From assembly GCA_965213685.1 (NCBI GenBank), contig CBDBZY010000031.1, positions 310,829 to 374,828 of the forward strand: a stretch of DNA of 64,000 nt, given 5' to 3'. Shown in pieces: positions 13,816-22,893 of the stretch. The notes beneath the pieces are model-generated. The model was not told the DNA's origin and ran no database searches. It saw nothing but the letters and a program-made list of their open reading frames with translations. Position 1 is the first letter of the stretch. Each line of letters opens with the position of its first letter. This DNA comes from a bacterium (GTDB lineage: Bacteria > UBA8248). The position numbers and the translations under genes were made by a program.

Positions 13816-15225
13816 TCAGCCGTTCTCGCGCACATACTTCGCGTCGTCCTCATCGGGCATGAGCACGAACTCGGGATAGGCCTCGAGGCCGAGCTCCGCC
13901 GTGTCCTGGCCGAGCTCCTCCACCGTGCGCGACACCCGCACGCCTATTGTCTTCTCGAGTACCTGCCAGAGGAGCAGCGAGGTTCCGAACGTGAACACGC
14001 CCACCGCCAGCACGCCGAGGAGCTGCACGAGGAAGTTGGCGCCCCCGACGATGCAGACCGCGAGCGTTCCCCAGACGCCGGCGAACAGGTGGGCGGGAAT
14101 CGCGCCCACGACGTCGTCCACCTTCATCCGCTCCAGGAGGCTCATGCCGAACGTGCAGATGACGCCGCCGATCGCGCCGATGATGACCGCCCAATGGTAG
14201 TCCACGATGTCCGGCCCGGCCGTGATGGAGACGAGCCCGCCAATCGCGCCGTTCAGCACAGCGAGCAGGTCCACCCGCCCCAGGATGGGCCGCGCGACGA
14301 ACAGGGCGGCGACAACCCCGCCCGACGCCCCGAGGTTGGTGTTGATCAGTATGTTGCCCATCCCCACCACGTCGGCGGCGCTCCCGAGCGGGAGCTTCGA
14401 GCCGCCGTTGAACCCGAACCATCCGAACCAGAGGATGAAGACGCCCAGGGCGACCAGCGGGATGTTCGACGGCGGAGTGGCCTTGACGCTGCCGTCGGGC
14501 CGGAACTTGCCCCCCCGCGCGCCCACCGAGAGCACGCCGGCGAGCGCCGCCCAGCCCCCTGTGGAGTGGACGATGGTGGAGCCCGCGAAATCCTGGAAGC
14601 CGAGCGCGCTGAGCCAGCCGCCGCCCCACGTCCACGCCCCTACCAGCGGGTAGATGAAGGTGGTGAAGACCGTGGTGAAGAGGAAGAACGACCAGAGCCG
14701 CACGCGCTCGGCGAGGGCACCGGAGACGATGGAGGCGGTGGTCGCCACGAACGTCATCTGGAAGAACCAGTAGGACACGCTGGCGTAGCCGCTCTCGACC
14801 ACGGCCTTGCGCGCCCCCTCGTTGCCGGCGAGCAGGGCGAGCTCATCCCCCGAGGGCCGGAAGAAGAGGCGAAACGAGCCGATCCATCCCGTGACGTCCA
14901 CGAACATGAGGTTGTAGCCGACGACGTAGAACATGATGCCGGCGATGGCGTATAGCCCGATGTTCTTGAGACAGATGACCGAGGCGTTCTTGGTGCGCAC
15001 CGAACCCGCCTCGAGCATGGTGAAGCCCGCGCACATCCACATGACGAACGCGCCCCAGATGAGAAAGGAGAAGGTGTTGAATATGTATTGCCCGACAGCG
15101 AAGGGGGCAACCTCGGCGGGGGCGGCCGCCTCCGCCACGCCCGCCGCGAGGACGAGGGCGGCGAGGGCGAGAAGTGCGGCGAGTGCCGCGGGCCGCGGCG
15201 GGGAGTTGTGATGGCGGCTTTTCAC
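13816..15225 (-). CDS. amtB: Ammonium transporter
   Basis: GFTMLEAG, FFQMTF, SGALAER, DFAGSTIVH, WFGWFGFNGGS, DDVVGAIPAH (both pore His present). GTG start at 15225 after GGAGGG inferred. Confidence 0.93.
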   Translation of the reverse strand: MKSRHHNSPPRPAALAALLALAALVLAAGVAEAAAPAEVAPFAVGQYIFNTFSFLIWGAFVMWMCAGFTMLEAGSVRTKNASVICLKNIGLYAIAGIMFYVVGYNLMFVDVTGWIGSFRLFFRPSGDELALLAGNEGARKAVVESGYASVSYWFFQMTFVATTASIVSGALAERVRLWSFFLFTTVFTTFIYPLVGAWTWGGGWLSALGFQDFAGSTIVHSTGGWAALAGVLSVGARGGKFRPDGSVKATPPSNIPLVALGVFILWFGWFGFNGGSKLPLGSAADVVGMGNILINTNLGASGGVVAALFVARPILGRVDLLAVLNGAIGGLVSITAGPDIVDYHWAVIIGAIGGVICTFGMSLLERMKVDDVVGAIPAHLFAGVWGTLAVCIVGGANFLVQLLGVLAVGVFTFGTSLLLWQVLEKTIGVRVSRTVEELGQDTAELGLEAYPEFVLMPDEDDAKYVRENG

Positions 15226-16264
15226 GAGCTTCCCTCCAGGTTGCATGGACAGGCGATTATTGACCGAAGCCCCCCTTGCGGGGAGCGTCTTTAGCACCGG
15301 ATGTGTTCCGCCAGCCTTCGGCAGCGACGCCCCGCCCGGGGGGAAGGGCCTCCATCCTTTCGGGGACGCCCGCACCGCATCAGAAGGCGTATGTCATCGC
15401 AAGGCCGACCGCCCGGAACGAGACGCCTGCGTCTCCATCGCGCAGGCAACCCATTCTCCGTTCGGTGCGATGCGGGAGTCTTGGCTGCGCAACTGGCCGC
15501 AAGGCGCGCCGTCGGGGAGATTGTCCGGGTTCGCGGGACGCTGAGATCGCCCAGGCGGAAGCCGGTGCCGACGCGAGCGGGAAAGCCGCCGGCACGCCCC
15601 ACCTCCCCATCACCCATGCGCGTCTCATCGTACCATTCCCGCCGTCGTTGGAACGCTCGGGAAAAATCGCTCAAGCGGGATGCCGGACGCCCCGGCCGCC
15701 CGCGCATCTGTGCATCGCGCCTTGCCCTGCTTTTCGCCCATCTTCACACAGCATCGCGTTCCGGGCAACGCCGCCCCGGACTCTCATCCGTCCCCCCTCG
15801 GGAAAGGGGGGCGGGGGCGCATCTCGCCCGAGGCCGTCGATGAGAAACCCTGCCGTATCGGCGATATATGGACAGTATACTAGAGGATGGCGGGGGCGTG
15901 ATACAAGAGAATTCTTTCAACGCCCCCCCTCCCCCCGGGCGTCGAGGCGCGGCACCCGGTTGCGGCAGGGGGAGCGCAGCTTGAGGCGTCCGATGAATTC
16001 CTGCTCCGTCAGCGCAACTTCGTATCGCTCGGGGTCGCGTTTCAAGACCTCGAATACACCGTCCCGCCCGGCGAAGCGGTGCTTGAAATCCCTGGGAGTT
16101 TCTACCGACCAGACGTCGCGCAGGAGAGCTGGCGCGATCTCGAAGCCTCATCTCATGGGGGAGGATCGTTCCGCCCGCCCGCGCGCTTCCAGGGTCGTGA
16201 AAAATCCGCCCGACAAGGGGGGCGGGTGGGGGCAACCCCCCTCCTCCCGGCCCGGCGATGGTGC

Positions 16265-16870
16265 TCATGCGGGCGGGGGCACGCTGCTTCCGTAAATCTT
16301 CTCGGATTGCGCCTGCGTCACGGCGTTTCCCTCCGGGTCGTGCAGGGGGTAGGCGCCCAGGGTGCGCATGAACACCTGCATGCCGTAGTGAAGCGCCGTC
16401 ATCGAGCCGATCTCCATGATCTGGGCTTCGGTGAAATGCCGCTTGCCCTCGTCGTAGAAGGCCTTGTCGAGCCGGGCCGCGTCGCGATACATCCAGTAGG
16501 CGTAGCGGAGCGCCCACTTCTCGGCGTCGGTGAACTGCGGGTCGTTCTCGAAATCGCCGCAGGCGGCCTCGATGCGCGCCTCCGTCAGCCCCTCTTTTTT
16601 CGCCTTCTCCGAGCGCAGGTTCGCGAAGTAGGTGTCCCCCGCCGTTCTGGCGAGCTGGATGCGCACCATCTCCTTGAGACGGTGATCCACCCCGCCCTGG
16701 GCGTGGGAGCGGTGCATCGCGTCGTGCAGGGCGGCGGCGTAGCCGGGCGCATGGGCCATGACGCGAGAGAACAGCGCGTCGGGCGCCCCCGTCTCGGCGG
16801 TGCGCTCCATGACGCGCTCCCAGCCTTTTTCTTCGATCTCCTCGGGGTCGAGCGGTTCGATTATCGGCAT
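16265..16870 (-). CDS. AhpD/carboxymuconolactone decarboxylase-like protein lacking CxxC/U
   Basis: VDHRLKEMVRIQLARTAGDTYF...FTDAEKWALRY...HFTEAQIMEIG. Clear paralogue of the upstream gene. Confidence 0.8.
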   Translation of the reverse strand: MPIIEPLDPEEIEEKGWERVMERTAETGAPDALFSRVMAHAPGYAAALHDAMHRSHAQGGVDHRLKEMVRIQLARTAGDTYFANLRSEKAKKEGLTEARIEAACGDFENDPQFTDAEKWALRYAYWMYRDAARLDKAFYDEGKRHFTEAQIMEIGSMTALHYGMQVFMRTLGAYPLHDPEGNAVTQAQSEKIYGSSVPPPA

Positions 16871-17523
16871 GGCGCCTCCTCGTCTCCGCCCGCCTCCGTC
16901 GCGCGGGCGAGCGGGCCGCTGCGGTGCGAGACAGGACAATCGCCATAGATGCGGCGCGACTCCTCCTGGCTCACCAGCCGACCGTCTGGGGAGAACATGG
17001 GGTAGAAGTCGAGCGTGCGGAAAAAGGTGTGGTACCCCACGTTGAAGCCGATGAACGAGCCGAGCTCCACGATCTCCGCGTCCGAGTAATGCGCCTGGAG
17101 GCGCGCGTAGAAGGCCGCGTCGATTTTCTCCGGCTCCGAATCCATGAGCTCGCTGTACTCGAGCGCCAGCTTCTCGGCCTCGGAGAAGTGCACGCTTTCG
17201 CGCCAGTTGTCGATGCCCTCGTCGATCATCTCCTCGGTCAGCCCCGCCTGCTTCGCCGAAGCAGATCGCACGTTGCCTCAGTAGTTGCAGAAGGCGCGGC
17301 GGGAGAGCTGCACGCGGATGATCTCCTTGAGCCTGTGGTCGATGGCGCCGGTGTTGAACACCGCCCCCCAGGCCAGGTACATGGATTTCGCCAAATCCTC
17401 GTTGTGGCCCTGCATGGCGTGAAAGGCCGGGTCGGGCGCGCGGTGCTTGAGCGCCTTGTTGACGAAGGGGGCCAGCTTCGTCTTCTTCAGCCCCTCGATG
17501 TCAAGCATGGTGATGTTGGACAT
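16861..17523 (-). CDS. AhpD/CMD-like selenoprotein (CxxU), read-through of TGA at 17278-17280
   Basis: ORFs 17278..17613 and 16861..17271 are in the same frame: IDHRLKEIIRVQLSRRAF-C-N-Y-TGA-GNVRS...FSEAEKLALEY...HYSDAEIVEL. A SECIS-like hairpin follows the TGA. Confidence 0.85.
17248..17264 (-). promoter_or_regulatory. Putative bacterial SECIS hairpin of the AhpD-like gene
   Basis: TGA-GGCAACGTGCGAT-CTGCTTC-GGC-GAAGCAG: 7-bp stem with a G-starting loop about 21 nt after the TGA. Confidence 0.7.
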
Positions 17524-17575
17524 GGTCCCGTCTCCTGAAAAAGGATGGATGCATGACGGACAAGGCGCGGCCGCC

Positions 17576-18937
17576 TCACGCGCCGCCCTCCGCCTGCAGG
17601 CGGCGCAGGGCATCGCCTAGGACGGACGCCACGCGCCCGGCCTCCTCCTCGGTAATGACCAGGGGCGGGCTGATGGTGACGGTGTTCGCCGGGCCTGCGG
17701 CGATGCCGGCGTTCTTGCCGAAAATCACGCCCCCCTCCTTCGCGTAGGCTAGCACCCGGGAGGTGGCCGCCGTGGAGAGGGGCGCGCCGTCCTCCTCTAT
17801 CAGCTCCACCCCCCAGATGAGTCCCACCCCCCGCACGTCGCCCACGCAGGGGATGTCCGAGAGGCTCCGCAGGAGCCCGCCCAGATGGGCGCCCACCTCC
17901 CGCGCGCGGGCGGGTAGCGCCTCCGCCGTCAGGATGTCGAGGTTCTTGAGCGCAGCCGCGCAGGCGGCGGGGTGTCCCCCGTAGGTGTTCACCTGGAGGA
18001 AGCCCGGCTCGCCCTCCGCGTTGATCGCCTCGAATATCTCCTCGGTGGCGGCCGTCGCGCCGATGGGCAGGTAGGCGCTGCTCAGCCCCTTGGCCAGCGT
18101 CACGATGTCCGGCTCGATCCCGTAGAGGTCGGAGGCGAAAAGCGCGCCCGTGCGGCCGAAGCCGGTGATGACCTCATCGGCGATGAACAGCACGCCGTGG
18201 CTGCGGCACACCGCGCGCATCCGCCTCAGGTAGTCCGCGGGCGGCGGTATCACCCCCCCTCCGCCGATGACGGGCTCCGCGATGAACGCCGCCACCGTCT
18301 CCGGGTCCTCGTAGCGGATGACCTCGTCGAGCTCCTCCGCGCACCGCCGGGCGAGCTCCTCCTCGGTGGCCGCCCCGCTGCGGTAGAAGTAGGGGGCGCT
18401 CACGTGAATCACCCCCGGCAGAAGCGGCTCGAACGCCGCCCGCCGCAGCGTCTGGCCGCTCAGGCTCGCCCCGCCGATGGTGGCGCCGTGATACCCCTGG
18501 TGGCGGGCGATGATCTTGTACCGCCGCCCGCCGCCCAGCCGCCCGTGGACGCGGGCCAGCTTGATCGCGGTGTCCACCGCCTCCGACCCGGAGTTCACGA
18601 ACCAGACGCGATCCACCCCCTCCGGCAGCAGGGAGGCCAGCCGGTCGGCGAGCCGCGCCGCAGGCGGGTTCGCCTGCGTCAGGGGGTAGTAGGCCAGCTC
18701 CCGCATCTGCTCGTAGGCCGCCCGGGCCACCTCCTCGCGCCCGTAGCCGATGTTCACGCACCAAAGCCCCGCCATGGCGTCGACGTACTCCCGCCCGGCG
18801 GCGTCCCGTATGGTCGAGCCCCGCGCCCCGACCACGACGTCGAGCGGGTTCTCCTCCATCCCCGAATGGTTCATGAGCGGATGCCAGACGTGCGCCCTGT
18901 CCATCTCCCGCAGGGCTTCGGCTGTGGCCGGGTTCAT
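17576..18937 (-). CDS. Class III PLP-dependent aminotransferase (omega-amine type)
   Basis: Motifs DAMAGLWCVNIGYG, NSGSEA, YHGAT, AEPV, DEVITGFGRTG, AKGLSSAYLP and TYGGHP. Confidence 0.93.
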   Translation of the reverse strand: MNPATAEALREMDRAHVWHPLMNHSGMEENPLDVVVGARGSTIRDAAGREYVDAMAGLWCVNIGYGREEVARAAYEQMRELAYYPLTQANPPAARLADRLASLLPEGVDRVWFVNSGSEAVDTAIKLARVHGRLGGGRRYKIIARHQGYHGATIGGASLSGQTLRRAAFEPLLPGVIHVSAPYFYRSGAATEEELARRCAEELDEVIRYEDPETVAAFIAEPVIGGGGVIPPPADYLRRMRAVCRSHGVLFIADEVITGFGRTGALFASDLYGIEPDIVTLAKGLSSAYLPIGATAATEEIFEAINAEGEPGFLQVNTYGGHPAACAAALKNLDILTAEALPARAREVGAHLGGLLRSLSDIPCVGDVRGVGLIWGVELIEEDGAPLSTAATSRVLAYAKEGGVIFGKNAGIAAGPANTVTISPPLVITEEEAGRVASVLGDALRRLQAEGGA

Positions 18938-19045
18938 GGGGTCTCCCTCCCAGGTGGCGGCGGCGGTGCGGGGCGCGCGGGCGTCCCGTGGAGGAAATCG
19001 TAATGCGCGAGGCGGCGCGAGGCAACCGGCGGGCGGGGCGGGCGC

Positions 19046-19870
19046 CTATGGTTTCGCAGCCCGGAATCGCGCGAGAAAATCGAGAATCAGGCGCCGCGCC
19101 GCCCGGTTGCGCGAGAGGTTGTGCGCCCGGCCCTCGAACAGGTGAAACTCCATCTCCAAGCCGCGCCGCCCGGCTCTGCGCAGGCATCGGTCGGCGGGCC
19201 GGCCCCGCCGCCACGGGTCGTCTTTCGAGTAGAGGGCGAGGACGGGCGTCCCGGGCGGGATGCGCACCCCGCGCCCGCACGTGGAGCCGCTGATGACGCG
19301 GGCGCGGAACTCATCCCCCGCATAGGCGGCGACCGCCGTTCCGCCCTGGCTGTGGCCCATCAGAAAGAGATTTCGCCGATCCACCCAGGGAACGTTCCGC
19401 ACCCGATGCGCCGCGTGCCGAATCTCCTCCTGCCGCATCTGTCCCACCCGCCGGAAGGGCGCCCCCGGGACGGGGCGACGCTGGGAGGGGAGGCAGGTCT
19501 CGGGCCGGTAGCGGCGGGCGAAGCTGTCCGGTGCGATGACGGCGTATCCCGCGCGCGCCAGCAGGCGCATATAGCGCAGGTTTCCGCGGCCGAGCCCCGC
19601 GCAGCCGTGGGCGAAAATGACCGTGGGACGCTTTCCCGCAAGCCGCGCGAGACGCTCCCGAACGAACCGATGGCGCATTTCGCCCTCGATGAGCTGGCCG
19701 TCGGCGCGGATCATGATGCGGGCGGCGTCAAAGGTGCGCCGCGCCTCGTCGACCAAATCCAGCGTCTGCGGGTCCACGGGCGGGCCGCACCCGAAAAGCA
19801 GAAAACAGGCAGCGGCCAGCAGGCGGCGGCCCGCCCCTCTCCGCACCGCAAGACCGCCGATTCCCCGCAC
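19046..19870 (-). CDS. Dienelactone hydrolase-family alpha/beta hydrolase, possible lipoprotein
   Basis: HGCAG, APDSF, GHSQGG, C-terminal His. Lipobox-like LLFGC. Start uncertain. Confidence 0.75.
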   Translation of the reverse strand: MRGIGGLAVRRGAGRRLLAAACFLLFGCGPPVDPQTLDLVDEARRTFDAARIMIRADGQLIEGEMRHRFVRERLARLAGKRPTVIFAHGCAGLGRGNLRYMRLLARAGYAVIAPDSFARRYRPETCLPSQRRPVPGAPFRRVGQMRQEEIRHAAHRVRNVPWVDRRNLFLMGHSQGGTAVAAYAGDEFRARVISGSTCGRGVRIPPGTPVLALYSKDDPWRRGRPADRCLRRAGRRGLEMEFHLFEGRAHNLSRNRAARRLILDFLARFRAAKP

Positions 19871-19883
19871 GATACGCGCCTCC

Positions 19884-21116
19884 TCAGATCACCCCTTCTT
19901 CCTTCAGCCGCGCGCACTCCGCCTCCGACACCCCGAGCAGGCCGCCGAGCACCTCCTCGTTGTGCTGCCCCACCAGCGGGGCGGGGGAGGCGTAGCCGCC
20001 CCGCATCTCGCTGAACCTGAAGGGGAAGCCCGGTGCCTTCGCCCCGTCGAGCGTCCCGAGGGTGGGGTGTTCCAGGTCGCGTATCATCCCGCGCGCGCGC
20101 ATGTGGGGCCAGGAGAGAATGGCGTCGATGTCGTTCACCGGCCCGCAGATGACGTCGTGTGCGCGCAGGGAGGAAACCGCCTCCCGCGTCTCGCGCCGCC
20201 GCGTCCAGGCGGCGATGATCCCGTCGACCTCCGCGCATCTGGTGACGCGCCGGCTCATGTCCTCATACCGCTCATCGCCGATGAGGTCGGCGCGCTCTAT
20301 GCCGCGCAGTATGTTGTGCCAGTGCGCGTTGGTTCCCGAGGCGACCACCACCCAGCCGTCTTTCGTCTCATAAGCGTTGAAGGGGGCGAGCCGCATGATG
20401 CGGTTCCCGATGCGGGGAGGAAGGCCGAGCCGCTCGTAGCAGTCCATCGGCTCATCGAATATCAGGGAGAAGATGCAGTCGATCATCGAGATGTCGATGT
20501 GCTGGCCCCTGCCGGTGCGCTCGCGGTGGAAGAGTGCCGTCATGATCGCGCCGAAGGCGAACGTGCCGCCCAGGCTGTCGCCGAGGGCGGAGCCCGCCTT
20601 GGTGGGCGGGCCGTCGGGAAACCCCGTGAGGTTCATCAGGCCCGAGGCGGCCTGGGAGACGGCGTCATAGCCCTTGAGGCCCGCGTCCGGCCCCGTCTGG
20701 CCGTAGCCCGTGATGGAGCAGTAGATCAACGAGGGCTTGCGCACCCGGAGCGTCTCGTAGTCGATCCGGAGCCTCTTGGTGACGCCGACGGAGAAGTTCT
20801 CCGCCACGATGTCGGATTTCTCGACCAGACCCTGGAACATCTCGAGGCCCCTCGGGTCCTTGATGTTGAGGGTGATCGCCTTCTTCCCGCGCGTGCGCTT
20901 GAGATAGGCGACCCCCATGTCCTCCTCCGTCTGGGGGTGGAAGGAGACGCCCTCCGCGCCGATGAAGGGAGGGGAGTAGGCCACCGGGTCGCCCGTGGCC
21001 GGGTTGTCGATTCGGATGACCTCCGCCCCCAGACCCGCCAGGAAGAGGGTGGCCTGGGGACCGGAGAGAAACTGCGTGAGGTCCAGAACGCGGATGCCTT
21101 CCAGCGGCTTCGTCAT
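19884..21116 (-). CDS. Family III CoA-transferase (CaiB/BaiF)
   Basis: PLEGIRVLDLTQFLSGP, GAEVIRI, RGKKAITLN, ENFSVG, SITGYGQTGP, GYDAVSQA, APLVGQHN. Confidence 0.93.
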   Translation of the reverse strand: MTKPLEGIRVLDLTQFLSGPQATLFLAGLGAEVIRIDNPATGDPVAYSPPFIGAEGVSFHPQTEEDMGVAYLKRTRGKKAITLNIKDPRGLEMFQGLVEKSDIVAENFSVGVTKRLRIDYETLRVRKPSLIYCSITGYGQTGPDAGLKGYDAVSQAASGLMNLTGFPDGPPTKAGSALGDSLGGTFAFGAIMTALFHRERTGRGQHIDISMIDCIFSLIFDEPMDCYERLGLPPRIGNRIMRLAPFNAYETKDGWVVVASGTNAHWHNILRGIERADLIGDERYEDMSRRVTRCAEVDGIIAAWTRRRETREAVSSLRAHDVICGPVNDIDAILSWPHMRARGMIRDLEHPTLGTLDGAKAPGFPFRFSEMRGGYASPAPLVGQHNEEVLGGLLGVSEAECARLKEEGVI

Positions 21117-21129
21117 CGGGGAGTGCGCG

Positions 21130-21672
21130 CTATGCGCCAAGCAGAACCTTCACCGCCTGGCGGGCCGCATCGCGCGCGCGCGAGGAGATTTCCTCGTCCG
21201 ACAGCGTGCTCAGGGGGTGTTGTATGACCACGGGGTCGAGGCCGTCCATCCCCAGGGCCGCCCGCTGCACGCGGGCCTCGCGCAGGAAAACCTCCGTCAC
21301 CACCACGGCGGTGGGCACTCCCCTCTCCTCCAGGGAAATCGCATCGTGCATACAGCACGAGGTGCAGGAGCCTCAGTCGCCAATCGCCGTCAGGACGACG
21401 TCGTTCTCCTCCGCGATCCGCGCGATCAGCTCCGGGGCCGCATTTTTGGAGAAGCTCTCCTTCTTGTAATACCGCACCCCCGCGAAGGGGCCCTCCGCCT
21501 CCATCAACGCCGTGGCCCGCTCCAGGAGCTTCCGCCCGTTCCACTTGGTGTTGTCCAGAACGCCGAGCCTGAGGCCCTTCAAATCCCGGGCGCGGCGCGC
21601 GACCGACCGCGCTTCGGCCTCGACGACGCCCCGGGGGTCATAGACGACCTGGCCGGTGATGAGATCGCTCAT
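21130..21672 (-). CDS. UGSC-motif selenoprotein, read-through of TGA at 21373-21375
   Basis: ORFs 21373..21672 and 21130..21351 are in frame: [36 protein letters not shown]...HPL. A SECIS-like hairpin follows the TGA. Confidence 0.88.
21344..21360 (-). promoter_or_regulatory. Putative bacterial SECIS hairpin of the UGSC gene
   Basis: TGA-GGCTCCTGCACC-TCGTGC-TGTAT-GCACGA-TGC: 6-bp upper stem, G at loop position 2, loop begins about 19 nt after the TGA, extendable by GCA/TGC pairing. Confidence 0.7.
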
Positions 21673-21700
21673 GGTTTTCTCTCCTATTCCGGAATCGTCC

Positions 21701-22795
21701 CTACAGCAGGCAGGTGCCGTCCACGCAGACGGGACCGCCTCCGAGCGCCTTGCCGTCCACCGCGCGCAGCACCGGGTTCGTCATGTGGCCCCAGCCGGGA
21801 ATGAAGGCGGAAAAACGGCCCGCCTCCCCTCCCGCCACGAAGAGGTGGATGTTCTCCGGCCCCGGCACGATGGGGATGCGCTCCTCCGGCGTCCGCCTGT
21901 ACCACCTGGGGATGTTGCGGTTATAGACCTTCCCGTAGCGATGTTGGAACGAAATGTCGGCGAACGTGTTGTCGGTGTGCATCCACAAGTAGCGCTTCAC
22001 GTCGTTTCGCGTCCAGCTTCTCGCGCTGATGGTGGCGGCGTGCTCCGGCCCGATGACGACGGCGCACGAGCCGCTGCTCACCGCGTTGTTGTGCGCAATC
22101 GTGCTCATGGCCGAGCAGACGCTGTCGAGAATCCCCTCGGGATCGTCGGAGACGTGGTTCGTCACGCTGTGGGGCGCCTCGGCCGCGATGGCGAACACCG
22201 TGGAGTCCTCGGGCGCATATCCCTGCTCCACGTGATAGGGCGCCCAGGGACTCGCCTCCTCGTTCTCGGCGATGCAGTAGGCGTATTTCGTGGGACAGCC
22301 CAGCGTGCTCTTGTCCAGGTCGCCCGGCCACGCGCCGCCCACGTTCAGGAGCATCAGCCGCACCGCCCGGCCTATCGTCGCGTTCGCGCGGTTGCCCGAA
22401 CCGAAAACGTTGCAGCCCGCGTTCATGCCGATCTCCCCCCGCACCGGCCCGTTCACGACTATCAGCGGACACGCCATGTGGGTGGTGGCCTGCACGCCGT
22501 TGAGGTTGAAGTGCGGGTCGCAGAGCGCGCGCATCGCCGCGCGAACGACGGGCGCGTATTCCGCCCGGCAGCCCGCCATCACCATATTGATCGCCAGAGT
22601 CTCTCTCGTGAGATTCCCCCAGCGCGGGGGCACCCGGCACTCGACGCGGTCTTTATCCCCACCGAGCGCCGCGACCGCGGCGTCCACCTTCCCGGGGGTG
22701 GGCGGTGCCACGGGAAGCCCGTCCGAGAAGCCCTCCTCGTAGTAGTGCTCCACCAAATCGACTTCAGGGTCCACCGTCCGCGTCGTTTGCGACAT
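21701..22795 (-). CDS. Uncharacterised protein, partner of the UGSC protein
   Basis: 364 aa with SDGLPVAPPT, NMVMAGC, NGVQATTH, NRANATIGRAVRL and a C-terminal CVDGTC. Ends 28 nt upstream of the UGSC gene. Confidence 0.8.
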   Translation of the reverse strand: MSQTTRTVDPEVDLVEHYYEEGFSDGLPVAPPTPGKVDAAVAALGGDKDRVECRVPPRWGNLTRETLAINMVMAGCRAEYAPVVRAAMRALCDPHFNLNGVQATTHMACPLIVVNGPVRGEIGMNAGCNVFGSGNRANATIGRAVRLMLLNVGGAWPGDLDKSTLGCPTKYAYCIAENEEASPWAPYHVEQGYAPEDSTVFAIAAEAPHSVTNHVSDDPEGILDSVCSAMSTIAHNNAVSSGSCAVVIGPEHAATISARSWTRNDVKRYLWMHTDNTFADISFQHRYGKVYNRNIPRWYRRTPEERIPIVPGPENIHLFVAGGEAGRFSAFIPGWGHMTNPVLRAVDGKALGGGPVCVDGTCLL

Positions 22796-22893
22796 ACGCC
22801 ATCACTCCTGTTCTCTGCGTCCCGCGCGATGAGGCCGCCATCATAAACCGAATCCCGCAAAAGACAAAGACGGGCGCACGAGGGCTCTCCCCC

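Noticed and set aside
17278-21375. The two in-frame TGAs as nonsense mutations or a recoded genetic code (TGA=Trp/Gly)
   Set aside because: Both fall exactly in CxxU/UxxC motifs with downstream hairpins, and neighbouring genes use TGA as a normal stop and TGG for Trp.
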